A DNA stretch of 64,000 bases from Thermoanaerobaculia bacterium (GTDB lineage Bacteria > Acidobacteriota > Thermoanaerobaculia > Multivoradales > Multivoraceae), in contig OY762911.1 of NCBI GenBank assembly GCA_963666565.1, forward strand, positions 4,320,001-4,384,000, in the 5' to 3' direction. The notes beneath the pieces were generated by a model. The model made no database searches, was not told the origin of the DNA, and saw only the letters and a list, made by a program, of their open reading frames with translations. The translations under genes were made by a program, and so were the position numbers. Shown here piece after piece: positions 28,680-38,340 of the stretch (positions are counted from its first letter, which is position 1; each line of letters opens with the position of its first letter).

Positions 28680-29459
28680 TCAATCGGGCAAGACGAGGAT
28701 GCGCAGGTTGCGGAACCAGATCTCGTTGCCGTGGTCCTGAAGCGCGATGTGGCCCGTCTCCATCATGCCGTAGCCGGGCATGGAGGCGAACTTGCTGGCG
28801 GCGACGAGTTCCTTCCACTCTTCGTTCCAGAGCGCGTACTCGACGACCTTCTCGCCGTTCAGCCAGTGGGTGACGGCGGCGCCCTCGACCCGCAGGGCGG
28901 ACGTGTTGAACTCGCCGACCGGCGCCAGTTCGCCACCCTGCCGGGCGTGGAGCGCGTAGTTCGAGGCCGCCGAGGTCTCCATCCGCTGGCCGTCCCGATG
29001 TCCGTCGTCGTCCAGGATCTGGAACTCGGGGCCCGTCGAGTAGGACGCGCCGGCATCCTCGGAAACGTGGAACATGACGCCGCTGTTGCCGCCCGCCGTC
29101 ACCGCCCAGTCGAAGCGAAATTCGAAGTTCCTGTACTGCTCCCGGGTCAGCAGATCGGCCCGCGGCCCGGCGTCGTCGCCGGGAGGCACGAAGTGAATCG
29201 TGCCGTCGGCCACCGCCCAGCCCGCCGGTACCCGGTCCAGCTTGAAGCCGCGCCACCGGTCGAGCGACTCGCCGTCGAACAGCGACTGGAAGCCCGCTTC
29301 GGCTTCCTCGGCCGTGAGTTCGTTGAGGGCCGGGTCGGCAGGCGCCGCCGCGGTCTCTTCGGTTTCGGCGTCGTCCCCGGCGCCCACGCGGATCTCCACG
29401 CAGGCGCCCGCTCCGACCGCCAGCAACACGGCAACGCCAATCGTCAACGTCTTCTTCAT
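28680..29459 (-). CDS. DUF1080 (3-keto-disaccharide hydrolase-like) lipoprotein
   Basis: MKK + hydrophobic stretch + GAGAC lipobox; SLFDGESLDRW, GGNSGVMF, GPEFQILDD, GHIALQDHG...FRNLRI; AAGGAGG RBS. Confidence 0.85.
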   Translation of the reverse strand: MKKTLTIGVAVLLAVGAGACVEIRVGAGDDAETEETAAAPADPALNELTAEEAEAGFQSLFDGESLDRWRGFKLDRVPAGWAVADGTIHFVPPGDDAGPRADLLTREQYRNFEFRFDWAVTAGGNSGVMFHVSEDAGASYSTGPEFQILDDDGHRDGQRMETSAASNYALHARQGGELAPVGEFNTSALRVEGAAVTHWLNGEKVVEYALWNEEWKELVAASKFASMPGYGMMETGHIALQDHGNEIWFRNLRILVLPD

Positions 29460-29505
29460 CCGTTCATCCTCCTTGATGGAAATGGCCGCCGGCCGCGACG
29501 GCCTT

Positions 29506-29560
29506 CCGCTGGGTGCGCGGGTCTTCCGACCCGCCCTTGGGCGGCGCCGCGGAGCGGCGC
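29506..29560 (+). repeat. REP-like palindromic element, copy 3
   Basis: CCGCTGGGTGCGCGGGTCTTCCGACCCGC, then GCGCCGCGGAGCGGCGC. Confidence 0.8.
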
Positions 29561-29680
29561 AAGCCCGGACAGTCAAAGCCGCCGGCCAAAGGCCGGCAAC
29601 AATCCTGGACGCCGCCTGCGGCGGCAGCCGGCGAGGACGCCGGCGCACCCAGTGTGCGGCCCCTTCCCCTGCGCGGGTTC

Positions 29681-31798
29681 CTATTGCCCATAACGAACGC
29701 CGATCCGGACCGAACGTTCCGGGCCCGGAAAACCGACCTGCGTCTCGTACGACTCGTCGAAGGCATTGTCGGCGCGCAGGCTCACGCGCCACCGCTCCGC
29801 GGCCTGCCACGCGAGCGACAGGCCGACGAGGTCACGGCCGGCGACAGAGGTCCGGAACGGCGCCGGAATCTGCTCGTCCAGGTACGAGCCGGTGTGCCGC
29901 GCCTCGAAGCCGAGCCGGACCGACTCGCTCACGTCGACCCGCACGCCGATGCCGCCGTAGAGATCCGGCCGGCGCCGCAGCGGCCGCCCGGTGGCCAGGT
30001 CCTCCGTGTCCTGCGACGTGGCGCGGACATCGACCTCGACGCGCGCCGACGGGTTCCAGACCAGGAACGCCTCCAGCCCTTCGGCGTCCACCTTGCTCCG
30101 GTTGACGATCTGAAACGTGTCGAAGTCGAAGTCGATCAGGTTCTCGAACCGGTTCGAGAACAGGGTGACGCCGCCCCGCAGCGAGCCGCCCCGTTCCGCA
30201 CCGACGCGCGCCCGGAACTCGACTCCCAGGTCCGCCCCGGCGCTCGTCTCGGCCTGGAGGTCCGGGTTGCCGCCGATGGCCCGCGGCGTCGCCAGGGCGT
30301 AGAGGCTCGGCAGCTTGAACGCCTCGCCGGCCGATGCCCGCACCGACCACGAAGCGCCGCCCGGCGCGTAGCGCAGACCGACGCGCGGGCTGAACTCCTC
30401 GCCCTCGCCCTCGAAGAAATCGGCCCGCGCGCCGATCTCGGCCACGAAGCCGCCGCGGCCCCACCGCCACTCCGCGAACGCGCCGGCGCGTTCCCGCTCG
30501 ATCAGGTAGTCGCCGGCGAGCGGGCCTCCGAAGTAGGGCGGCAGCAGCAGCAGACTCCGGTTGCGCCCTTCCTCCGCCAGACCCTCCACGCCCAGGCCGA
30601 TCTCGTACGGCGCTCCGCCGGCCGGAGCGAAGGCGCCGGTCCAGGCCACCCGCAGGTCGTTGAAGTCCGTGGACTCGGAGATCGGCGGCACCACAGGGAC
30701 GATCGGAGGGCTGTCGCGGTCGAGCGCGTGCTCGTACAACGTGGACCGCAACGTGTGGCGCCAGGCCTTCCCGGCGCCGAGGTCGACCGTCGCCGCCAGC
30801 CCGAGGTCCCCGTGGTCGGACTCCCGCAGGTCGCCGCTGCCGAAGATCGGACCGCCCGAACCGTCAGGGTAGTCGTCCGCCCGCCAGTCCGAGAAGCGCC
30901 CCGAAAGGCGAAGCGCGGACGCCTCGCCCAGGTTCCGGCCCCAGCGCGCGCTGAGCGTCTGCTGCTCCAGCGCGTCCTCGCCGACCCGGCCCCGCTCCTC
31001 GCGGACCGCAGCGTTGATCGAACCGTGCGACGACTCGCCCGCGCGCCCCCAGGAGAGCCGGCCGCTCAGGTGGTCGTGATCTCCCGCGTGCGCGCTCCAG
31101 CCCAGGAAGGGCGCCTCGTCGCGCGGCGCCGCCGTGATCAGTTGCACCGCCCCTGCCAGGGAACTCGACCCATAAAACGAGGAGAGCGGTCCGCGGACCA
31201 CCTCCAGGCGCTCGATCTCGGCCGCGCCCACGCTGCCGAGCGGGAAGGCGCCGCCGTACTGGTCCGTGCTGTCGGCCATCGGCACGCCGTCGATCAGGAC
31301 GAGCGAGAAATTCGCGTCGCCGCCGCGCAGCGACACGCCGGCGAGAGCGGCGCTGGAGTCGTTGCCGAGCACCCAGGCGCCGGGCACGAGCCGCAGCGCC
31401 TCGGCCGCGTCGCGCACCGCCAGCCCCTCCAGGTCGCGGGCTTCGACGACCTGCACCGAGGCCGTTGCCCCGTCGAGAGCGCGGGCCCGCACCGTCGCCG
31501 TCTCGTAGAACACGGTCTCCGGCGCCGAGCCGTCCCGGCCTTCGGCCTCAGCCGCAGCCTCGTCCTGCCCGGGTAGTGCCGCCGGCGCCGCCAGCGCCAG
31601 CGTCGCGAGAGCGATCAACGCAAGCAGGGACAGCGAGCCTCCGCTGCACCGTCGCGCAGGGACCAGGGCCGTCCGCTGGGTGCGCGGGTCTTCCGACCCG
31701 CCCACGGGCGGAGCCGCGGAGCGGCGCAGCCCGAAGAAAAGGGCCGTCGGCGGCCAGTTCCATGCACAGGCTTTCGGCAAGTCCATCCGGTCGTTCAT
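29681..31798 (-). CDS. TonB-dependent receptor (BtuB-like plug + barrel); start uncertain
   Basis: ALRLVPG, SLRGG...LVLIDGVP, IERLEVVRGPLSSFYGSSSLAGAVQLIT, GNPDLQAET, ADNAFDESY, and a terminal beta-strand IGVRY. Confidence 0.88.
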   Translation of the reverse strand: MNDRMDLPKACAWNWPPTALFFGLRRSAAPPVGGSEDPRTQRTALVPARRCSGGSLSLLALIALATLALAAPAALPGQDEAAAEAEGRDGSAPETVFYETATVRARALDGATASVQVVEARDLEGLAVRDAAEALRLVPGAWVLGNDSSAALAGVSLRGGDANFSLVLIDGVPMADSTDQYGGAFPLGSVGAAEIERLEVVRGPLSSFYGSSSLAGAVQLITAAPRDEAPFLGWSAHAGDHDHLSGRLSWGRAGESSHGSINAAVREERGRVGEDALEQQTLSARWGRNLGEASALRLSGRFSDWRADDYPDGSGGPIFGSGDLRESDHGDLGLAATVDLGAGKAWRHTLRSTLYEHALDRDSPPIVPVVPPISESTDFNDLRVAWTGAFAPAGGAPYEIGLGVEGLAEEGRNRSLLLLPPYFGGPLAGDYLIERERAGAFAEWRWGRGGFVAEIGARADFFEGEGEEFSPRVGLRYAPGGASWSVRASAGEAFKLPSLYALATPRAIGGNPDLQAETSAGADLGVEFRARVGAERGGSLRGGVTLFSNRFENLIDFDFDTFQIVNRSKVDAEGLEAFLVWNPSARVEVDVRATSQDTEDLATGRPLRRRPDLYGGIGVRVDVSESVRLGFEARHTGSYLDEQIPAPFRTSVAGRDLVGLSLAWQAAERWRVSLRADNAFDESYETQVGFPGPERSVRIGVRYGQ
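31673..31727 (+). repeat. REP-like palindromic element, copy 4
   Basis: CCGCTGGGTGCGCGGGTCTTCCGACCCGC, then GCCGCGGAGCGGC; same subtype as copy 3. Confidence 0.8.
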
Positions 31799-31847
31799 GG
31801 CCGGTCAGCTTAGCCGAGAGGCCCGCTGCTATCGTGCCGACCCGCTC

Positions 31848-34217
31848 ATGAACCCGCTACGACGCACCGCGCCGGCGATCGCCCTGTTCCTCGCCTCGAC
31901 GACGGCGGCCCAGGAGATCGAGACGACCCGCTTCGAGGTCCCCGGCCTCGACGCGCCGGTCGAGATCCTGGTCGACCGCTGGGGCGTCGCCCACGTCTTC
32001 GCCGGCGGCCAGGACGACCTGTTCTTTGCCCAGGGCTGGAACGCGGCCCGCGACCGGCTGTGGCAGATCGACCTCTGGCGCCGGCGCGGCGAGGGGACGC
32101 TCTCGGAGGTCTTCGGGCCCCGCTTCGTCGAGCAGGACCGGGCCGCCCGGCTGCTGCTCTACCGCGGCGACATGCACGCGGAGTGGCTCGCCTACGCCTC
32201 GGACACGAAGCGGATCGTCACCGCCTGGACCCGCGGCGTCAATGCCTACGTTGACCTTGTGCTGAAGCGCCCCGACCTGATGCCGCCGGAGTTCGAGGCG
32301 CTGGGCTACGAGCCGTCGCATTGGACGCCGGAGGCGGTGACCCGGATCCGCAGTCACGGTCTGCTGCGGAACGCAACGAGCGAGTTCTCCCGGGCGAGGT
32401 TCCTGGCGGAGCACGGCGCCGCGGCGCTGGCGCTCCGCGACCGGTACCAACCGGACCATCGGCTCGAGGTACCGGAAGGTCTCGATCTCGCTGCTCTCAG
32501 CACGGCGCCCAGGGCGCTGGACCTCTACCGGCTGGGCACCCGGGGCGTCCGCTTCAGCGACCTCGAGCCGGGCTTTCAGAACGAGGTCGACCCGGCATCC
32601 CAGGGCAGCAACAACTGGGCGATCTCGCCGCGCCGCACCGCCACCGGCCGGCCACTGCTCGCGAACGACCCGCACCGCACACAGGCCGTGCCCTCGCTCC
32701 GCTACATCGTCCACCTCAGTTCGCCGGACCTCGACCTGATCGGCGCCGGCGAGCCCGCGCTGCCCGGCATCTCGATCGGACACAACGGCACGATCGCCTT
32801 CGGGCTGACCATCTTCAGCATCGACCAGGAAGACCTCTACGTCTACAGGACGAAGCCCGGCGAGCCCGACTTCTACGAGCACCGGGGCAACTGGCTGCCG
32901 ATGGAGACGATCGAGGAGACGATCCCGGTTCGCGGCGGCCACGCCCGCACCATGGAGCTCCGCTTCACCCACCACGGCCCCGTGCTCTACCGGGACGCCG
33001 ACCGCGACCTGGCGATCGGTCTGCGCGCGGCCTGGCTGGAGCCCGGCATGGCGCCCTATCTCGGATCGATCGAGTACATCCGGGCGCGCAACTGGGACCA
33101 GTTCCTGGCCGCGATGAACCGCTGGGGAACGCCGTCCGAGAACCAGGTCTACGCCGACACGAACGGCAACATCGGCTGGAAGCCGGGCGGCCTGGCGCCG
33201 GTCCGGCCCAACTGGGACGGTCTGCTGCCGGTGCCGGGCGATGGCCGCTACGAGTGGAGCGGCTACCGGGACATGGACGAACTGCCGGTCGAGTTCAATC
33301 CGGAGCGCGGCTGGGTGGCGACCGCCAACGAGATGAACCTGCCCGCCGGCTACGACGTGCCGCTGGGCTGGGAGTGGGCCGGACCCTACCGGCAACAGCG
33401 AATCGCCGAGGTCCTGGACGCCAAGGACGCGATGACGGTCGAGGGCGCCGTCCGGCTCCAGACCGACTACGTCTCGATACCCGCGCGCCGTCTTCACGCG
33501 CTGCTGGGACGAGCGAGTCCGACACCGGAGGCCGGGCCGGCGCTCGAGCTGCTGGGCGGCTGGAACGCGGAGCTCGCCGCGGACAGCGCCGCGGCCGCCC
33601 TCTTCGAAGTCTGGTGGCGACGGCACCTCGAAGCCGAGGTCGGCCGGCGGATGGCGGCGGCCCTCGGGGCGGGCGAGGACCCGCTCCCGGTCCAGGACGA
33701 GCACCTGCTCCGGGTGCTCGAAGAGATGGATCCGAGGCTCGGCGACCGGCCGCGGCGGGCGCGCGACGAGGCGCTCCTCGACAGCCTGCGGGCCGCGTAC
33801 GTCGACGTCAGCGAGCGCCTGGGCCCTGACCCCGCCGCCTGGCGCTGGGGCGACCTGCACCGGATCGAACTGCGGCATCCGCTGTCGGCGCACCTGCCGG
33901 ACGACATCCGCCGGCTCGCCGACGTCGGCCCCGCGGAGCGCGGCGGCTCCGGCGACACGGTCGGCAACACGAGCTACGGCGACGACGTCAACCAGCGCTC
34001 CGGCGCCTCCTTCCGCATGGTCATCGACGTCGGCGACTGGGACGCCTCCGTGGCGATGAACAACCCCGGCCAGTCGGGCGATCCGCGCAGTCCGCACTAC
34101 AAGGACCTGTTCGAGCCGTGGGCGAACGACGAGGCGTTTCCCCTGCTCTACACCCGCCCCGCGATTCTGGAAGCGGCGGAGGCACGGATCGAACTGCTTC
34201 CCGCTCCCGGGGAGTAG
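31848..34217 (+). CDS. Penicillin acylase family (Ntn hydrolase, S45)
   Basis: Signal peptide; [21 protein letters not shown], catalytic [26 protein letters not shown]. Confidence 0.93.
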   Translation: MNPLRRTAPAIALFLASTTAAQEIETTRFEVPGLDAPVEILVDRWGVAHVFAGGQDDLFFAQGWNAARDRLWQIDLWRRRGEGTLSEVFGPRFVEQDRAARLLLYRGDMHAEWLAYASDTKRIVTAWTRGVNAYVDLVLKRPDLMPPEFEALGYEPSHWTPEAVTRIRSHGLLRNATSEFSRARFLAEHGAAALALRDRYQPDHRLEVPEGLDLAALSTAPRALDLYRLGTRGVRFSDLEPGFQNEVDPASQGSNNWAISPRRTATGRPLLANDPHRTQAVPSLRYIVHLSSPDLDLIGAGEPALPGISIGHNGTIAFGLTIFSIDQEDLYVYRTKPGEPDFYEHRGNWLPMETIEETIPVRGGHARTMELRFTHHGPVLYRDADRDLAIGLRAAWLEPGMAPYLGSIEYIRARNWDQFLAAMNRWGTPSENQVYADTNGNIGWKPGGLAPVRPNWDGLLPVPGDGRYEWSGYRDMDELPVEFNPERGWVATANEMNLPAGYDVPLGWEWAGPYRQQRIAEVLDAKDAMTVEGAVRLQTDYVSIPARRLHALLGRASPTPEAGPALELLGGWNAELAADSAAAALFEVWWRRHLEAEVGRRMAAALGAGEDPLPVQDEHLLRVLEEMDPRLGDRPRRARDEALLDSLRAAYVDVSERLGPDPAAWRWGDLHRIELRHPLSAHLPDDIRRLADVGPAERGGSGDTVGNTSYGDDVNQRSGASFRMVIDVGDWDASVAMNNPGQSGDPRSPHYKDLFEPWANDEAFPLLYTRPAILEAAEARIELLPAPGE

Positions 34218-34274
34218 CCAAACAGGCCCGGCAAACCGGGTTCGATCACCCGGGAGGCAAAGGAGCCGGCCTCC

Positions 34275-34337
34275 GGCCGGCGCGTCTTCCTGGCCGACTC
34301 CGGCGGGAGCGGGTCGGAAGACCCGCGCACCCGGCGG
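34275..34337 (-). repeat. REP-like palindromic element, copy 5
   Basis: GCGGGTCGGAAGACCCGCGCACCCGGCGG at 34309-34337. Confidence 0.78.
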
Positions 34338-34397
34338 AAGGCTGGCGCCGCTCCGCGACGACACCGGTAGAGGCGGTAGACTGCACGGCAATCCCGA

Positions 34398-34883
34398 ATG
34401 ACCGTCGTCACCAGAGCGCTCCGGGCCGCGGCCTTCACGTCGCTCGGCCTGACCGCGGCCGCGGCCGGCCAGTCCGAGGCCGCCCCAGGCACCGGCCCGG
34501 CAGACGATCAGGCGGTGGCCGCCGTCAATCCGACGCCCTACACGCAGGCCGCCGCGAAGAGGGGCCGCACCCACTACCTGCGCCACTGCCAGATCTGCCA
34601 CGGCTTCGACGGCCGCGCGCTCGAGAACATCGACTTCGAGGCCACCGACCTGACCGACCCCGATCGCTGGCGGTTCGGAACCACCGACGGCGACCTCTTC
34701 CGCAGCACGAAGTTCGGCGCCGGCCTCGACATGCCGCCCTTCGAGGCGGAACTCGACGACGAGGAGATCTGGGACCTCGTTCACTACCTCCGCAGCCTCG
34801 GCCCCGAGGAGTACCGCGCGGCGGCCGAACCGGAACCGGCCCCGCCCTCCGCCTCCGAAGACAGCGAGGAGAATCGACCATGA
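34398..34883 (+). CDS. Monoheme c-type cytochrome
   Basis: Signal peptide, CQICH heme motif, MPPF distal Met, [12 protein letters not shown]. Confidence 0.88.
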   Translation: MTVVTRALRAAAFTSLGLTAAAAGQSEAAPGTGPADDQAVAAVNPTPYTQAAAKRGRTHYLRHCQICHGFDGRALENIDFEATDLTDPDRWRFGTTDGDLFRSTKFGAGLDMPPFEAELDDEEIWDLVHYLRSLGPEEYRAAAEPEPAPPSASEDSEENRP

Positions 34884-36910
34884 GCAGACCCCAACGACCG
34901 TCGCGCACGCCCAATCCCGCACCATCCGCCGCGGACGCTGCCGGCGCCGAGACGGCGCAACCGGTCGACGAAACCACCCGCGCCGACTCCGGCCTCTCGC
35001 GCCGCCGCTTCGTCGCCTCCGGCGCCGCCAGTGCCGCCGGCGTCGGCGCCGCGGCCCTGTTCGCGCAGCAGGCCCGGGCCGCCGCCGCGGACCGCGAGGA
35101 TCGGCCGATCGGCATTCCCGACGAGATCCCGCGCACCCGGAACGAAGCGCCGGACCCGGCCGAGTTCCCGATGAACGGCGCCCAGGTCTTCGCCCGGGCC
35201 TGCGCCGACGAGGGCCTCGAGGCGCTGTTCTGCGCGCCCGGCAACTACCAGGTCATCAACGCGATCGCCGCCGAGGGCATCCCCACCTACGGCGGCCGCA
35301 CCGAGGGCAGCATGTGCGCCGCCGCCGACGGCTTCATCCGGGTCACCGGCGAGGTCGCCGCCTGCTCGGGCACCGAGGGGCCGGGCTTCACGAACATGAT
35401 CATGAACATCGGCGCCGCCAACGCGGCCCGCACGCCGCTGCTGGTGCTGGCGAGCAACATGACGGTCGGCGGCGACGACACGGAACGCGGCATCCAGCGC
35501 GGCTACCAGCAGCCGACGACGGTCGGCATGAAGAAGTACGGCAAGCGGCTGATCACCCCGAACCGGATCCACGAGTACGCTGCCTACGCCTTCCGCCACC
35601 TTCGCACCGGCGTGCCGCGGCCGGTCCACCTCGACTTCACGGGCGAGGTGGCGCGCGCCCGGTTCGACTCCCCCGACGACCTGCTGTACTACCACGACAG
35701 GGGCACGTACCGCACCGATTCCCTGCCCCATCCCTCGAAGGTCGACACGGAGAAGGCGGTCGAGATGATCCGCAAGGCCGAGCGGCCGATCGTCGTCGCC
35801 TCGACCGGCGTCTTCTACGACCGGGCCTGGGACGTGCTGCGCACCGTCGCCGAACGGGCCGACATCGCGGTCGTCGAGTCCGGGCCGATGCGTGGGCACT
35901 TCCCGGACAGCCACCCCTTGTCGGTCAGCACCGGTCCCGACGCGCTCCTCTCGGCCGACCTCGTCATCTTCGTGGGCCAGTACTCGATGCCCAACGTCGG
36001 CGAGGTCGCCTTCGACCCGGACGCGAAGGTGATCCGCATCGACCCGGACGCGGCGGACATCGGCCGCAACCTGCCGGTGGATCTCGGCCTCGTCGCCAGC
36101 GCGCGCGGCGGCCTGGAGGCGCTCGCGGAAGCGCTGCCGCCTGCCTCGCGCCCGGCCTGGCGCGCCGAACTCGCCGCCGCCCGCGACGCGTTCGAGAAGC
36201 AGAACGCCGAGTGGTACGAGCTCGGGCTGAAGCACAGCGCCGCCACGGACACGATCCATCCGGCGGTCATCGCGCAGGAACTCTCATCATTCCTCTACTC
36301 CGGCGACCTGCCGAAGGAGCAGACGACGGTCGTCTCGGGCGGCTACGGCATCGCCCGCTACACCCGGCGCTGGCTGCGCGCCCACCGCCCGGGTCAGATC
36401 CTGAACGGCGCCTACCAGTACGGCGCGATCGGACCCGACGTCGGCTACACGGTCGGCGCCGGCGCCGCGGTGATGAACGGCGTCGGCCCGCAGGAACCGT
36501 ACCGCGGCGCGCCCGTGTTCGGGATCACCGGCGACGCCGGCATGGGCTACTCCGGAATGGAGTTCGAGACCCTGGCGAAGTACAGGATCCCGGCGGTGAT
36601 GATCGTCTACAACAACAACGCCTGGGGCGTCTACGGATCGGCCCGCCGCGCCACGCGGTCGATGCACATGTACCTCTTCCAGGAGAACTTGCGCTACGAC
36701 AAGATCGCCGAGGGCCTGGGCGCCCGCGGCGAGTACGTCACCTCCCCCGAACAACTCCGCGAAGCCCTGCCCCGCAGCTACGAGATGGCCGCCAACGACG
36801 GCGTCTCCACCCTCATCAACTGCCAGGCCATCAAGGAGTTCTGGACCAACGAGTACCCGCCCGGCCTGCCCCGCAAGGTCGAACCCGGCTGCATGGCGTA
36901 CTACCACTGA
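34880..36910 (+). CDS. Thiamine-diphosphate-dependent enzyme (Oxc/HACL/ALS superfamily) with a twin-arginine signal
   Basis: SRRRFV + Ala-rich h-region + ARA; [12 protein letters not shown] (conserved Glu), [27 protein letters not shown]...YNNNAWG (ThDP/Mg motif). ATG at 34880 overlaps the cytochrome stop. Confidence 0.85.
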   Translation: MSRPQRPSRTPNPAPSAADAAGAETAQPVDETTRADSGLSRRRFVASGAASAAGVGAAALFAQQARAAAADREDRPIGIPDEIPRTRNEAPDPAEFPMNGAQVFARACADEGLEALFCAPGNYQVINAIAAEGIPTYGGRTEGSMCAAADGFIRVTGEVAACSGTEGPGFTNMIMNIGAANAARTPLLVLASNMTVGGDDTERGIQRGYQQPTTVGMKKYGKRLITPNRIHEYAAYAFRHLRTGVPRPVHLDFTGEVARARFDSPDDLLYYHDRGTYRTDSLPHPSKVDTEKAVEMIRKAERPIVVASTGVFYDRAWDVLRTVAERADIAVVESGPMRGHFPDSHPLSVSTGPDALLSADLVIFVGQYSMPNVGEVAFDPDAKVIRIDPDAADIGRNLPVDLGLVASARGGLEALAEALPPASRPAWRAELAAARDAFEKQNAEWYELGLKHSAATDTIHPAVIAQELSSFLYSGDLPKEQTTVVSGGYGIARYTRRWLRAHRPGQILNGAYQYGAIGPDVGYTVGAGAAVMNGVGPQEPYRGAPVFGITGDAGMGYSGMEFETLAKYRIPAVMIVYNNNAWGVYGSARRATRSMHMYLFQENLRYDKIAEGLGARGEYVTSPEQLREALPRSYEMAANDGVSTLINCQAIKEFWTNEYPPGLPRKVEPGCMAYYH

Positions 36911-36914
36911 ACCC

Positions 36915-37087
36915 GCACGGGCGGGCTCTGGGGGAGGGTCCCAGGGGACGCTCGCCCTCACGGAGAAGGGGGGACGCATGGGCTCGCTGTTGTCGACTGC
37001 GCTCCAAGGCGGCGTCGGTTCCTGTGAGGACGTTGGAAGTCGCTTGTCTCCGACCCCCTGGGACCCTCCCCCAGAGCCCGCCCGTGC
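36915..37087. repeat. 173-bp element with perfect 33-bp terminal inverted repeats (copy B)
   Basis: GCACGGGCGGGCTCTGGGGGAGGGTCCCAGGGG (36915-36947) is the exact reverse complement of 37055-37087. The 107-nt core is colinear with copy A. Confidence 0.85.
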
Positions 37088-37130
37088 TGGTCGGCGGCGG
37101 ACTACGGATGGTTAGCCGGTGGGGAAGAGG

Positions 37131-37198
37131 CTGGGTGCGCGGGTCTTCTGACCCGCTGCCGCCGGAGGCGGCCAGAAAATCGCGCCGCGAAGCGGCGA
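37131..37198 (+). repeat. REP-like palindromic element, copy 6
   Basis: CTGGGTGCGCGGGTCTTCTGACCCGCTGCCGCCGGAGGCGGC...CGCCGCGAAGCGGCG; nearly identical to copy 1. Confidence 0.8.
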
Positions 37199-37243
37199 CC
37201 GCATTGCGCACGACCGAATCGTCACGAGAACTGGTGGATTGAC

Positions 37244-37717
37244 ATGACCCCGCCGCGAGAAACCGTGCTGAGCTCTTTGCGGGAGTACGCGGATCGGGGT
37301 GTGTTCCGCGGATTCGGAGCCAGTGAGGGTCGACGAGGCAATCTGGAGTGCCGGTTCCTGTGGCATGCGCCCGATCCGCATCGGTTGCGGTTCGAGCCGC
37401 GACGTAGTGCGCTCGTCTTCGTCGATCTGTTGCCGGGAGTACCCTATCCGTCGGACATGGATCGCGAACTCCGCAGGTTCGTTGCCGGACGATCGAATGC
37501 CGACCTGCCTGCCCACCGCCGGATCGACCCGGCGAAGGCGAGCTGCCGTTGCCGGAACCGGGCCGGGAAGGTGTCGATCGAGGTCCGTTGCTTGGACGGG
37601 GACTACGAGTACGTAGCCGGCAAAGCCGTCAAGCTGGTCAACGAGATCTTCCTGAACTTCCTTGCCGGCCCGTACGACGGCTACATGATCGAGCGCTTCG
37701 GCGCTCCGGAGGAGTGA
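37244..37717 (+). CDS. Hypothetical protein (157 aa)
   Basis: ATG-initiated, globular-looking composition (YADRGVFRGF, KLVNEIFLNFL); fills the gap in a + strand run. No family recognised. Confidence 0.65.
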   Translation: MTPPRETVLSSLREYADRGVFRGFGASEGRRGNLECRFLWHAPDPHRLRFEPRRSALVFVDLLPGVPYPSDMDRELRRFVAGRSNADLPAHRRIDPAKASCRCRNRAGKVSIEVRCLDGDYEYVAGKAVKLVNEIFLNFLAGPYDGYMIERFGAPEE

Positions 37718-37792
37718 CCTCCTCCCGGCATTTCCGCCCGAGCCAGGCGCTACACTGGCAGGCACCGCCAACAGCAGGAGAGGAGTCCCGAA

Positions 37793-38200
37793 ATGCACCT
37801 GGCCGATCTGAACTGGCTCGCCGTCGTCGTGTCCGCCGTCGCTTTCTACGCTCTGGGCGCGCTCTGGTACACCGCCATCTTCGGCAAGGCGTGGGCCGCC
37901 GAGATGGGCATCGACATGGAGAACCCGCCCGAGACCAACATGGTCAAGACGATGGGCGGCACGTTCGTCCTGGAATTGATCGCCGCGATCGTGATGGGCA
38001 TGCTCCTGGCCGAACTCGGCGCCGACAACTACATGGCCGGGCTTCACACCGGCCTCCTCGTCGGGCTCGGGATCACGTCCGTGCTGCTCGGGGTCAACTA
38101 CCTGCACGAACAGCGCTCGATGAAGTTCTGGCTGATCAACGCCGGCCACATCACGGTCGGCCTCGGGATCGTCGGCGCGATCCAGGGGGCCTGGCAGTAG
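37793..38200 (+). CDS. DUF1761-like small membrane protein
   Basis: NWLAVVVSAVAFYALGALWYTAIFGKAW...INAGH; four hydrophobic segments; GGAG RBS. Confidence 0.8.
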   Translation: MHLADLNWLAVVVSAVAFYALGALWYTAIFGKAWAAEMGIDMENPPETNMVKTMGGTFVLELIAAIVMGMLLAELGADNYMAGLHTGLLVGLGITSVLLGVNYLHEQRSMKFWLINAGHITVGLGIVGAIQGAWQ

Positions 38201-38340
38201 GCGCGGGCGCCCACACGCAGCCCGGCGGCCGAGCGGCCGGTGGGCACCGATCAGGACGTGGATCGCGCAGCGGCAAGCCGGGCCCGGATCGCCGGACCCC
38301 GGCCGCGGAACCGGCGCAGGCACTGAGACAGAATCGGGCG

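Noticed and set aside
34228-34290. c-di-GMP-I (GEMM)-like motif GGCAAAC-stem-GGAGGCAAAG upstream of the cytochrome c
   Set aside because: The loop is TCGATC rather than GNRA, no tetraloop receptor is evident, and the second stem overlaps REP copy 5. Not supportable without an Rfam cmscan.
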